Assembly: GCF_964355755.1 (NCBI RefSeq)
Contig: NC_092678.1
Location: forward strand, 10,600,352 to 10,664,351
DNA length: 64,000 nucleotides
Source: Antedon mediterranea
Taxonomy: Eukaryota > Animalia > Echinodermata
Reading direction: 5' to 3'
The notes under the pieces are model-generated. The model saw only the letters and a list, made by a program, of their open reading frames with translations. It was not told the DNA's origin and ran no database searches. Shown here piece by piece: positions 13,779-27,300 of the stretch (positions are counted from its first letter, which is position 1; every line of letters begins with the position of its first letter). Made by a program: the position numbers and the translations under genes.

Positions 13779-16338
13779 ATCTCCAAATGCGATTTGAAGA
13801 TATTCTGAGCACTTTGGTGTTTTTATGTTAAAAAGTTTTTTCGAAAATCACAAAATGGTCTAGAACGTCTCCAAATGCGATTTGAAGCTCTTCTGTACAC
13901 TTTGATGTTTTGTGTGAAAAAGTTTTGTCAAAATGCTCAAAATGGTCTAAAACGTTTTTAAAACGATATTAAGCTATTTTGTGCTCTTTGATGTTTTTGT
14001 ATAACCAAGTTTTTTCGAAAATCACAAAATGGTCTAAAACGTCTCCAAATGCGATTTGAAGATATTCTGAGCACTTTGGTGTTTTTATGTTAAAAAGTTT
14101 TTTCGAAAATCACAAAATGGTCTAAAACGTCTCCAAATGCGATTTGAAGATATTCTGAGCACTTTGGTGTTTTTATGTTAAAAAGTTTTTTCGAAAATCA
14201 CAAAATGGTCTAAAACGTCTCCAAATGCGATTTGAAGCTTTTCTAAGCACTTTGGTGTTTTTATGTTAACAAGTTTTTTCGAAAATCACAAAATGGTCTA
14301 AAACGTCTCAAAATGCGATTTGAAGGTATTCTGAGCACTTTGGTGTTTTTGTGTGAAAAGTTTTAACGAAATGCTCAAAATGGTCTAAAACGGTTTCTAA
14401 TGTGATTTTAACCACTTTGATGTTTTTGTGTAACCAAGTTTTTTCGAAAATCACAAAATGGTCTAAAACGTCTCCAAATGCGATTTGAAGCTTTTCTAAG
14501 CACTTTGGTGTTTTTATGTTAACAAGTTTTTTCGAAAATCACAAAATGGTCTAAAACGTCTCCAAATGCGATTTGAAGATATTCTGAGCACTTTGGTGTT
14601 TTTCTGTTAAAAAGTAATTTCGAAAATCACAAAATTGTCTAAAACGTCTCCAAATGCAATTTGAAGCTATTCTGTACACTTTGATGTTTTGTGTGAAAAA
14701 GTTTTGTCAAAATGCTCAAAATGGTCTAAAACGTTTTTAAAACGATCATAAGCTATTTTGTGCTCTTTGATGTTTTTGTATAACCAAGTTTTTTCGAAAA
14801 TCACAAAATCGTCTAAAACGTCTCCAAATGCGATTTGAAGCTTTTCTAAACACTTTGGTGTTTTTATGTTAACAAGTTTTTTCGAAAATCACAAAATGGT
14901 CTAAAACATCTCCAAATCCGATTTGAAGCTATTCTGTACACTTTGATGTTTTGTGTGAAAAAGTTTTGTCGAAATGCTCAAAATGGTCTAAAACGTTTTT
15001 AAAACGATATTAAGCTATTTTGTGCTCTTTGATGTTTTTTTGTAACCAAGTTTCATCGATATGAACAAAATGGTCTAAAACGTCTCAAAATGCGATTTGA
15101 AGGTATTCTGAGCACTTTGGTGTTTTTGGGTGAAAAGTTTTAACGAAATGCTCAAAATGGTCTAAAACGGTTTCTAATGTGATTTTAAGCACTTTGAAGT
15201 ATTTGTAAAAACAAGTTTCATCGAAATGCACAAAATAGTCTAAAACGTCTCCAAATGCGATTTGAAGCTTTTCTAAGCACTTTGGTGTTTTTATGTTAAC
15301 AAGTTTTTTCGAAAATCACAAAATGGTCTAAAACGTCTCCAAATGCGATTTGAAGATATTCTGAGCACTTTCGTGTTTTTATGTTAAAAAGTATTTTCGA
15401 AAATCACAAAATGGTCTAAAACGTCTCCAAATGCGATTTGAAGCTCTTCTGTACACTTTGATGTTTTGTGTGAAAAAGTTTAGTCGAAATGCTCAAAATG
15501 GTCTAAAACGTTTTTAAAACGATATTAAGCTATTTTGTGCTCTTTGATGTTTTTGTGTAACCAAGTTTCATCGAAATGAACAAAATGGTCTAAAACGTCT
15601 CCAAATGCGATTTGAAGCTTTTCTAAGCACTTTGGTGTTTTTATGTTAACAAGTTTTTTCGAAAATCACAAAATGGTCTAAAACGTCTCCAAATGCGATT
15701 TGAAGATATTCTGAGCACTTTGCTGTTTTTATGTTAACATGTTTTTTCGAAAATCACAACATGGTCTAAAACGTCTCAAAATGCTATTTGAAGGTATTCT
15801 GAGCACTTTGGTGTTTTTGTGTGAAAAGTTTTAACGAAATGCTCAAAATGGTCTAAAACGGTTCTAATGTGATTTTAAACACTTTGATGTTTTGTGTGAA
15901 AAAGTTTTGTCAAAATGCTCAAAATGGTCTAAAACGTTTTTAAAACGATATTAAGCTATTTTGTGCTCTTTGATGTTTTTGTATAACCAAGTTTTTTCGA
16001 AAATCACAAAATGGTCTAAAACGTCTCCAAATGCGATTTGAAGATATTCTGAGCACTTTGGTGTTTTTATGTTAAAAAGTTTTTTCGAAAATCACAAAAT
16101 GGTCTAAAACGTCTCCAAATGCGATTTGAAGCTATTCTGTACACTTTGATGTTTTGTGTGAAAAAGTTTTGTCGAAATGCTCAAAATGGTCTAAAACGTT
16201 TTTAAAACGATATTAAGCTATTTTGTGCTCTTTGATGTTTTTCTGTAACCAAGTTTTATCGAAATGAACAAAATGGTCTAAAACGTCTCCAAATGCGATT
16301 TGAAGCTTTTCCAAGCACTTTGCTGTTTTTATGTTAAC

Positions 16339-18397
16339 AAGTTTTTTCGAAAATCACAAAATGGTCTAAAACGTCTCAAAATGCGATTTGAAGGTATTCT
16401 GAGCACTTTGGTGTTTTTGTGTGAAAAGTTTTAACGAAATGCTCAAAATTGTCTAAAACGGTTTCTAATGTGATTTTAAGCACTTTGATGTTTTTGTAAA
16501 ACCAAGTTTCATCGAAATGAACAAAATGGTCTAAAATGTCTCCAAATGCGATTTGAAGCTTTTCCAAGCACTTTGCTGTTTTTATGTTAACAAGCTTTTT
16601 CGAAAATCACAAAATGGTCTAAAACGTCTCCAAATGCGATTTGAAGATATTCTGAGCACTTTGGTGTTTTTATGTTAAAAATTTTTTTCGAAAATCACAA
16701 AATGGTCTAAAACGTCTCCAAATGCGATTTGAAGATATTCTGAGCACTTTGGTGTTTTTATGTTAAAAAGTTTTTTCGAAAATCACAAAATGGTCTAAAA
16801 CGTCTCCAAATGCGATTTGAAGCTATTCTGTACACTTTGATGTTTTGTGTGAAAAAGTTTTGTCGAAATGCTCAAAATGGTTTAAAACGTTTTTAAAACG
16901 ATATTAAGTTATTTTGTGCTCTTTGATGTTTTTGTGTAACCAAGTTTCATCGAAATGAACAAAATGGTCTAAAACGTCTCCAAATGCGATTTGAAGCTTT
17001 TCCAAGCACTTTGCTGTTTTTATGTTAACAAGTTTTTTCGAAAATCACAAAATGGTGTAAAACGTCTCAAAATGCGATTTGAAGGTATTCTGAGCACTTT
17101 GGTGTTTTTGTGTGAAAAGTTTTAACGAAATGCTCAAAATGGTCTAAAACGGTTCTAATGTGATTTTAAGCTATTCTAGACACTTTGATGTTTTGTGTGA
17201 AAAAGTTTTCTCGAAATGCTCAAAATGGTCTAAAACGTTTTCCAATACCATATTAAGCTATTTTGTGCAATTTGATGTTTTTGTGTAACCAAGTTTTTTG
17301 AAATGCGATTTGAAGATATTCTGAGGACTTTGGTGTTTTTATGTTAAAAAGTTTTTTCGAAAATCACAAAATGGTCTAAAACGTCTCAAAATGCGATTTG
17401 AAGGTATTCTGAGCACTTTGGTGTTTTTGTGTGAAAAGTTTTAACGAAATGCTCAAAATTGTCTAAAACGGTTTCTAATGTGATTTTAAGCACTTTGATG
17501 TTTTTGTAAAACCAAGTTTCATCGAAATGAACAAAATGGTCTAAAATGTCTCCAAATGCGATTTGAAGCTTTTCCAAGCACTTTGCTGTTTTTATGTTAA
17601 CAAGCTTTTTCGAAAATCACAAAATGGTCTAAAACGTCTCCAAATGCGATTTGAAGATATTCTGAGCACTTTGGTGTTTTTATGTTAAAAATTTTTTTCG
17701 AAAATCACAAAATGGTCTAAAACGTCTCCAAATGCGATTTGAAGATATTCTGAGCACTTTGGTGTTTTTATGTTAAAAAGTTTTTTCGAAAATCACAAAA
17801 TGGTCTAAAACGTCTCCAAATGCGATTTGAAGCTATTCTGTACACTTTGATGTTTTGTGTGAAAAAGTTTTGTCGAAATGCTCAAAATGGTTTAAAACGT
17901 TTTTAAAACGATATTAAGTTATTTTGTGCTCTTTGATGTTTTTGTGTAACCAAGTTTCATCGAAATGAACAAAATGGTCTAAAACGTCTCCAAATGCGAT
18001 TTGAAGCTTTTCCAAGCACTTTGCTGTTTTTATGTTAACAAGTTTTTTCGAAAATCACAAAATGGTGTAAAACGTCTCAAAATGCGATTTGAAGGTATTC
18101 TGAGCACTTTGGTGTTTTTGTGTGAAAAGTTTTAACGAAATGCTCAAAATGGTCTAAAACGGTTCTAATGTGATTTTAAGCTATTCTAGACACTTTGATG
18201 TTTTGTGTGAAAAAGTTTTCTCGAAATGCTCAAAATGGTCTAAAACGTTTTCCAATACCATATTAAGCTATTTTGTGCAATTTGATGTTTTTGTGTAACC
18301 AAGTTTTTTGAAATGCGATTTGAAGATATTCTGAGGACTTTGGTGTTTTTATGTTAAAAAGTTTTTTCGAAAATCACAAAATGGTCTAAAACGTCTC
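16339..18397. repeat. 1010-bp tandem duplication
   Basis: ORF pair 16376/17386. Rare variants AAAAATTTTTTT, GGTGTAAAAC, CTATTCTAGAC and CTGAGGACT recur at +1010. Confidence 0.9.
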
Positions 18398-21300
18398 CAA
18401 ATGCGATTTGAAGATATTCTGAGCACTTTGGTGTTTTTATGTTAAAAAGTTTTTTCGAAAATCACAAAATGGTCTAAAACGTCTCCAAATGCGAGTTGAA
18501 GCTATTCTGTACACTTTGATGTTTTGTGTGAAAAAGTTTTGTCGAAATGCTCAAAATGGTCTAAAACGTTTTTAAAACGATATTAAGCTATTTTGTGCTC
18601 TTTGATGTTTTTGTGTAACCAAGTTTTTTCGAAAATCACAAAATGGTCTAAAACGTCTCCAAATGCGATTTGAAGCTTTTCTAAGCACTTTGGTGTTTTT
18701 ATGTTAACAAGTTTTTTCGCAAATCACAAAATGGTCTAAAACGTCTCCAAATGCGATTTGAAGATATTCTGAGCACATTGGTGTTTTTATGTTAAAAAGT
18801 TTTTTCGAAAATCACAAAATGGTCTAAAACGACTCCAAATGCGATTTGAAGCTATCCTGTACACTTTGATGTTTTGTGTGAAAAAGTTTTGTCGAAATGC
18901 TCAAAATGATCTAAAACGTTTTTAAAACGATATTAAGCTATTTTGTGCTCTTTGATGTTTTTGTGTATCCAAGTTTCATCGAAATGAACAAAATGGTCTA
19001 AAACGTCTCCAAATGCGATTTGAAGGTATTCTGAGCACTTTGGTGTTTTTGTGTGAAAAGTTTTAACGAAATGCTCAAAATGGTCTAAAACGGTTTCTAA
19101 TGTGATTTTAACCACTTTGATGTTTTTGTGTAACCAAGTTTTTTTCGAAAATCACAAAATGGTCTAAAACGTCTCCAAATGCGATTTGAAGCTTTTCTAA
19201 GCACTTTGGTGTTTTTATGTTAAAAAGTTTTTTCGAAAATCACAAAATGGTCTAAAACGTCTCCAAATGCGATTTGAAGCTCTTCTGTACACTTTGATGT
19301 TTTGTGTGAAAAAGTTTTGTCGAAATGCTCAAAATGGTCTAAAACGTTTTTAAATACGATATTAAGCTGTTTTGTGCACTTTGATGATTTGTGTGAAAAG
19401 TTTTAACGAAATGTTCAAAATAGTCTAAAACGGTTTCTAATGTGATTTTAAGCACTTTGATGTTTTTGTGTAACCAAGTTTTTTCGGAAATCACAAAATG
19501 GTCTAAAACGTCTCAAAATGCGATTTGAAGCTTTTCTAAGCACTTTGGTGTTTTTATGTTAACAAGTTTTTTCGAAAATCACAAAATGGTCTAAAAAGTC
19601 TCAAAATGCGATTGAAGGTATTCTGAGCACTTTGGTGTTTTTGTGTGAAAAGTTTTAACGAAATGCTCAAAATGGTCTAAAACGGTTCTAATGTGATTTT
19701 AAGCACTTTGATGTTTTTGTATAACCAAGTTTCATCGAAATGCTCAAAATGATGTAAAACGTTTTTAAAACGATATTAAGCTATTTTGTGCTCTTTGATG
19801 TTTTTGTGTAACCAAGTTTTTTCGAAAATCACAAAATGGTCTAAAACGTCTCCAAATGCGATTTGAAGCTTTTCTAAGCACTTTGGTGTTTTTATGTTAA
19901 CAAGTTTTTTCGAAAATCACAAAATGGTCTAAAACGTCTCAAAATGCGATTTGAAGGTATTCTGAGCACTTTGGTGTTTTTGTGTGAAAAGTTTTAACGA
20001 AATGCTCAAAATGGTCTAAAACGGTTTCTAATGTGATTTTAACCACTTTGATGTTTTTGTGTAACCAAGTTTTTTCGAAAATCACAAAATGGTCTAAAAC
20101 GTCTCCAAATGCGATTTGAAGCTTTTCTAAGCACTTTGGTGTTTTTATGTTAACAAGTTTTTTCGAAAATCACAAAATGGTCTAAAACGTCTCAAATAGC
20201 GATTTGAAGCTATTCTGTACACTTTGATGTTTTGTGTTAAAAAAGTTTTGTCGAAATGCTCAAAATGGTCTAAAACGTTTTTAAAACGATATTAAGCTAT
20301 TTTGTGCTCTTTGATGTTTTTGTGTAACCAAGTTTTATCGAAATGAACAAAATGGTCTAAAACGTCTCCAAATGCGATTTGAAGCTTTTCCAAGCACTTT
20401 GCTGTTTTTATGTTAACAAGTTTTTTCGAAAATCACAAAATGGTCTAAAACATCTCCAAATGCGATTTGAAGATATTCTGAGCACTTTGGTGTTTTTATG
20501 TTAAAAAGTTTTTTCGAAAATCACAAAATGGTCTAGAACGTCTCCAAATGCGATTTGAAGCTCTTCTGTACACTTTGATGTTTTGTGTGAAAAAGTTTTG
20601 TCAAAATGCTCAAAATGGTCTAAAACGTTTTTAAAACGATATTAAGCTATTTTGTGCTCTTTGATGTTTTTGTATAACCAAGTTTTTTCGAAAATCACAA
20701 AATGGTCTAAAACGTCTCCAAATGCGATTTGAAGATATTCTGAGCACTTTGGTGTTTTTATGTTAAAAAGTTTTTTCGAAAATCACAAAATGGTCTAAAA
20801 CGTCTCCAAATGCGATTTGAAGATATTCTGAGCACTTTGGTGTTTTTATGTTAAAAAGTTTTTTCGAAAATCACAAAATGGTCTAAAACGTCTCCAAATG
20901 CGATTTGAAGCTATTCTATACACTTTGATGTTTTGTGTTAAAAAGTTTTGTCGAAATGCTCAAAATGGTTTAAAACGTTTTTAAAACGATATTAAGCTAT
21001 TTTGTGCTCTTTGATGTTTTTGTGTAACCAAGTTTCATCGAAATGAACAAAATGGTCTAAAACGTCTCCAAATGCGATTTGAAGCTTTTCCAAGCACTTT
21101 GCTGTTTTTATGTTAACAAGTTTTTTCGAAAATCACAAAATTGTCTAAAACGTCTCAAAATGCGATTTGAAGGTATTCTGAGCACTTTGGTGTTTTTGTG
21201 TGAAAAGTTTTAACGAAAAGCTCAAAATGGTCTAAAACGGTTCTAATGTGATTTTAAGCACTTTGATGTTTTTGTACAACCAAGTTTCATCGAAATGCTC

Positions 21301-24300
21301 AAAATGGTCTAAAACGTTTTTAAAACGATATTAAGCTATTTTGTGCTCTTTGATGTTTTTGTGTAACCAAGTTTTTTCGAAAATCACAAAATGGTCTAAA
21401 ACGTCTCCAAATGCGATTTGAAGCTTTTCTAAACACTTTGGTGTTTTTGTGTTAACAAGTTTTTTCGAAAATCACAAAATGGTCTAAAACGTCTCAAAAT
21501 GCGATTTGAAGGTATTCTGAGCACTTTGGTGTTTTTGTGTGAAAAGTTTTAACGAAATGCTCAAAATGGTCTAAAACGGTTTCTAATGTGATTTTAACCA
21601 CTTTGATGTTTTTGTGTAACCAAGTTCTTTTCGAAAATCACAAAATGGTCTAAAATGTCTCCAAATGCGATTTGAAGCTTTTCTAAGCACTTTGGTGTTT
21701 TTATGTTAACAAGTTTTTTTGAAAATCACAAAATGGTCTAAAACGTCTCAAAATGCGATTTGAAGGTATTCTGAGCACTTTGGTGTTTTTGTGTGAAAAT
21801 TTTTAACGAAATGCTCAAAATGGTCTAAAACGGTTTCTAATGTGATTTTAACCACTTTGATGTTTTTGTGTAACCAAGTTTATTCGAAAATCACAAAATG
21901 GTCTGAAACGTCTCCAAATGCGATTTGAAGCTTTTCTAAGCACTTTGGTGTTTTTATGTTAACAAGTTTTTTCGAAAATCACAAAATGGTCTAAAACGTC
22001 TCCAAATGCGATTTGAAGCTATTCTGTACACTTTGATGTTTTGTGTGAAAAGTTTTAACGAAATGCTCAAAATTGTCTAAAACGGTTTCTAATGTGATTT
22101 TAAGCACTTTGATGTTTTTGTAAAACCAAGTTTCATCGAAATGCACAAAATGGTCTAAAACGTCTCCAAATGCGATTTGAAGCTTTTCCAAGCACTTTGG
22201 TGTTTTTATGTTAACAAGGTTTTTCGAAAATCACAAAATGGTCTAAAACGTCTCCAAATGCGATTTGAAGCTTTTCCAAGCACTTTGCTGTTTTTATGTT
22301 AACAAGTTTTTTCGAAAATCACAAAATGGTCTAAAACGTCTCAAAATACGATATTAAGCTGTTTTGTGCACTTTGATGATTTGTGTGAAAAGTTTTAACG
22401 AAATGCTCAAAATGGTCTAAAACGGTTTCTAATGTGATTTTAAGCACTTTGATGTTTTTATGTAGCCAAGTTTTTTCGAAAATCACAAAATGGTCAAAAA
22501 CGTCTCCAAATGCGATTTGAAGCTTTTCTAAGCACTTTGGTTTTTTTATGTTAACAAGTTTTTTCGAAAATCACAAAATGGTCTAAAACGTCTTCAAATG
22601 CGATTTGAAGATATTCTGAGCACTTTGGTGTTTTTCTGTTAAAAAGTATTTTCGAAAATCACAAAATGGCCTAAAACGTCTCCAAAAGCGATTTGAAGCT
22701 ATTCTGTACACTTTGATGTTTTGTGTGAAAAAGTTTTGTCAAAATGCTCAAAATGGTCTAAAACGTTTTTAAAACGATATTAAGCTATTTTGTGCTCTTT
22801 GATGTGTTTGTATAACCAAGTTTTTTCGAAAATCACAAAATGGTCTAAAACGTCTCCAAATGCGATTTGAAGCTTTTCCAAGCACTTTGCTGTTTTTATG
22901 TTAACAATTTTTTTCGAAAATCATAAAATGGTCAAAAACGTCTCCAAATGCGATTTGAAGCTATTCTGTACACTTTGATGTTTTGTGTGAAAAGTTTTGT
23001 CGAAATGCTCAAAATGGTCTAAAACGTTTTTAAAACGATATTAAGCTATTTTGTGCTCTTTGATGTTTTTGTGTAACCAAGTTTCATCGAAATGAACAAA
23101 ATGGTCTAAAACGTCTCCAAATGCGATTTGAAGCTTTTCTAAGCACTTTGGTGTTTTTATGTTAACAAGTTTTTTCGAAAATCACAAAATGGTCTAAAAC
23201 GTCTCCAAATGCGATTTGAAGATATTCTGAGCACTTTGCTGTTTTTATGTTAACAAGTTTTTTCGAAAATCACAAAATGGTCTAAAACGTCTCAAAATGC
23301 TATTTGAAGGTATTCTGAGCACTTTGGTGTTTTTGTGTGAAAAGTTTTAACGAAATGCTCAAAATGGTCTAAAACGGTTCTAATGTGATTTTAAGCACTT
23401 TGATGTTTTTGTATAACCAAGTTTCATCGAAATGCTCAAAATGGTCTAAAACGTTTTTAAAACGATATTAAGCTATTTTGTGCTCTTTGATGTTTTTGTG
23501 TAACGAAGTTTCATCGAAATGAACAAAATGGTCTAAAACGTCTCCAAATGCGATTTGAAGCTTTTCCAAGCACTTTGCTGTTTTTATGTTAACAAGTTTT
23601 TTCGAAAATCACAAAATGGCCTAAAACGTCTCAAAATGCGATTTCAAGGTATTCTGAGCACTTTGGTGTTTTTGTGTGAAAGGTTTTAACGAAATGCTCA
23701 AAATGGTCTAAAACGGTTTCTAATGTGATTTTAAGCACTTTGATGTTTTTGTATAACCAAGTTTCATCGAAATGCACAAAATGGTCTAAAACGTCTCCAA
23801 ATGCGATTTGAAGCTTTTCTAAGCACTTTGCTGTTTTTATGTTAAAAAGTTTTTTCGAAAATCACAAAATGGTCTAAAACGTCTCCAAATGCGATTTGAA
23901 GATATTCTGAGCACTTTGGTGTTTTTATGTTAAAAAGTTTTTTCGAAAATCACAAAATGGTCTAAAACGTCTCCAAATGCGATTTGAAGATATTCTGAGC
24001 ACTTTGGTGTTTTTATGTTAAAAAGTTTTTTCGAAAATCACAAAATGGTCTAAAACGTCTCCAAATGCGATTTGAAGCTATTCTGTACACTTTGATGTTT
24101 TGTGTGAAAAAGTTTTGTCGAAATGCTCAAAATGGTCTAAAACGTTTTTAAAACGATATTAAGCTATTTTGTGCTCTTTGATGTTTTTGTGTAACCAAGT
24201 TTTATCGAAATGAACAAAATGGTCTAAAACGTCTCCAAATGCGATTTGAAGCTTTTCTAAGCACTTTGCTGTTTTTATGTTAACAAGTTTTTTCGAAAAT

Positions 24301-27300
24301 CACAAAATGGTCTAAAACGTCTCCAAATGCGATTTGAAGATATTCTGAGCACTTTGGTGTTTTTATGTTAAAAAGTTTTTTCGAAAATCACAAAATGGTC
24401 TAAAACGTCTCCAAATGCGATTTGAAGATATTCTGAGCACTTTGGTGTTTTTATGTTAAAAAGTTTTTTCGAAAATCACAAAATGGTCTAAAACGTCTCC
24501 AAATGCGATTTGAAGCTATTCTGTACACTTTGATGTTTTGTGTGAAAAAGTTTTGTCGAAAGGCTCAAAATGGTCTAAAACGTTTTTAAAACGATATTAA
24601 GCTATTTTGTGCTCTTTGATGTTTTTGTGTAACCAAGTTTTATCGAAATGAACAAAATGGTCTAAAACGTCTCCAAATGCGATTTGAAGCTTTTCCAAGC
24701 ACTTTGCTGTTTTTATGTTAACAAGTTTTTTTCGAAAATCACAAAATGGTCTAAAACGTCTCAAAATGCGATTTGAAGGTATTCTGAGCACTTTGGTGTT
24801 TTTGTGTGAAAAGTTTTAACGAAATGCTCAAAATTGTCTAAAACGGTTTCTAATGTGATTTTAAGCACTTTGATGTTTTTGTAAAACCAAGTTTCATCGA
24901 AATGAACAAAATGGTCTAAAATGTCTCCAAATGCGATTTGAAGCTTTTCCAAGCACTTTGCTGTTTTTATGTTAACAAGCTTTTTCGAAAATCACAAAAT
25001 GGTCTAAAACGTCTCCAAATGCGATTTGAAGATATTCTGAGCACTTTGGTGTTTTTATGTTAAAAAGTTTTTTCGAAAATCACAAAATGGTCTAAAACGT
25101 CTCCAAATGCGATTTGAAGATATTCTAAGCACTTTGGTGTTTTTATGTTAAAAAGTTTTTTAGAAAATCACAAAATGGTCTAAAACGTCTCCAAATGCGA
25201 TTTGAAGATATTCTGAGCACTTTGGTGTTTTTCTGTTAAAAAGTATTTTCGAAAATCACAAAATGGTCTAAAACGTCTCCAAATGCAATTTGAAGCTATT
25301 CTGTACACTTTGATGTTTTGTGTGAAAAAGTTTTGTCAAAAGGCTCAAAATGGTCTAAAACGTTTTTAAAACGATATTAAGCTATTTTGTGCTCTTTGAT
25401 GTTTTTGTATAACCAAGTTTTTTCGAAAATCACAAAATGGTCTAAAACGTCTCCAAATGCGATTTGAAGCTTTTCTAAACACTTTGGTGTTTTTATGTTA
25501 ACAAGTTTTTTCGAAAATCACAAAATGGTCTAAAACGTCTCCAAATCCGATTTGAAGCTATTCTGTACACTTTGATGTTTTGTGTGAAAAAGTTTTGTCG
25601 AAATGCTCAAAATGGTCTAAAACGTTTTTAAAACGATATTAAGCTATTTTGTGCTCTTTGATGTTTTTGTGTAACCAAGTTTCATCGATATGAACAAAAT
25701 GGTCTAAAACGTCTCAAAATGCGATTTGAAGGTATTCTGAGCACTTTGGTGTTTTTGGGTGAAAAGTTTTAACGAAATGCTCAAAATGGTCTAAAACGGT
25801 TTCTAATGTGATTTTAAGCACTTTGAAGTATTTGTAAAAACAAGTTTCATCGAAATGCACAAAATAGTCTAAAACGTCTCCAAATGCGATTTGAAGCTTT
25901 TCTAAGCACTTTGGTGTTTTTATGTTAACAAGTTTTTTCGAAAATCACAAAATGGTCTAAAACGTCTCCAAATGCGATTTGAAGATATTCTGAGCACTTT
26001 GGTGTTTTTATGTTAAAAAGTATTTTCGAAAATCACAAAATGGTCTAAAACGTCTCCAAATGCGATTTGAAGCTCTTCTGTACACTTTGATGTTTTGTGT
26101 GAAAAAGTTTAGTCGAAATGCTCAAAATGGTCTAAAACGTTTTTAAAACGATATTAAGCTATTTTGTGCTCTTTGATGTTTTTGTGTAACCAAGATTCAT
26201 CGAAAATCACAAAATGGTCTAAAACGTCTCCAAATGCGATTTGAAGATATTCTGAGCACTTTGGTGTTTTTATGTTAACAAGTTTTTTCGAAAATCACAA
26301 AATGGTCTAAAACGTCTCCAAATGCAATTTGAAGATATTCTGAGCACTTTGGTGTTTTTATGTTAAAAAGTTTTTTCGAAAATCACAAAATGGTCTAAAA
26401 CGTCTCCAAATGCGATTTGAAGCTATTCTATACACTTTGATGTTTTGTGTTAAAAAGTTTTGTCGAAATGCTCAAAATGGTTTAAAACGTTTTTAAAACG
26501 ATATTAAGCTATTTTGTGCTCTTTGATGTTTTTGTGTAACCAAGTTTCATCGAAATGAACAAAATGCTCTAAAACGTCTCCAAATGCGATTTGAAGCTTT
26601 TCCAAGCACTTTGCTGTTTTTATGTTAACAAGTTTTTTCGAAAATCACAAAATTGTCTAAAACGTCTCAAAATGCGATTTGAAGGTATTCTGAGCACTTT
26701 GGTGTTTTTGTGTGAAAAGTTTTAACGAAAAGCTCAAAATGGTCTAAAACGGTTCTAATGTGATTTTAAGCACTTTGATGTTTTTGTACAACCAAGTTTC
26801 ATCGAAATGCTCAAAATGGTCTAAAACGTTTTTAAAACGATATTAAGCTATTTTGTGCTCTTTGATGTTTTTGTGTAACCAAGTTTTTTCGAAAATCACA
26901 AAATGGTCTAAAACGTCTCCAAATGCGATTTGAAGCTTTTCTAAGCACTTTGGTGTTTTTATGTTAACAAGTTTTTTCGAAAATCACAAAATGGTCTAAA
27001 ACGTCTCAAAATGCGATTTGAAGGTATTCTGAGCACTTTGGTGTTTTTGTGTGAAAAGTTTTAACGAAATGCTCAAAATGGTCTAAAACGGTTTCTAATT
27101 TGATTTTAACCACTTTGATGTTTTTGTGTAACCAAGTTCTTTTCGAAAATCACAAAATGGTCTAAAACGTCTCCAAATGCGATTTGAAGCTTTTCTAAGC
27201 ACTTTGGTGTTTTTATGTTAACAAGTTTTTTCGAAAATCACAAAATGGTCTAAAACGTCTCAAAATGCGATTTGAAGGTATTCTGAGCACTTTGGTGTTT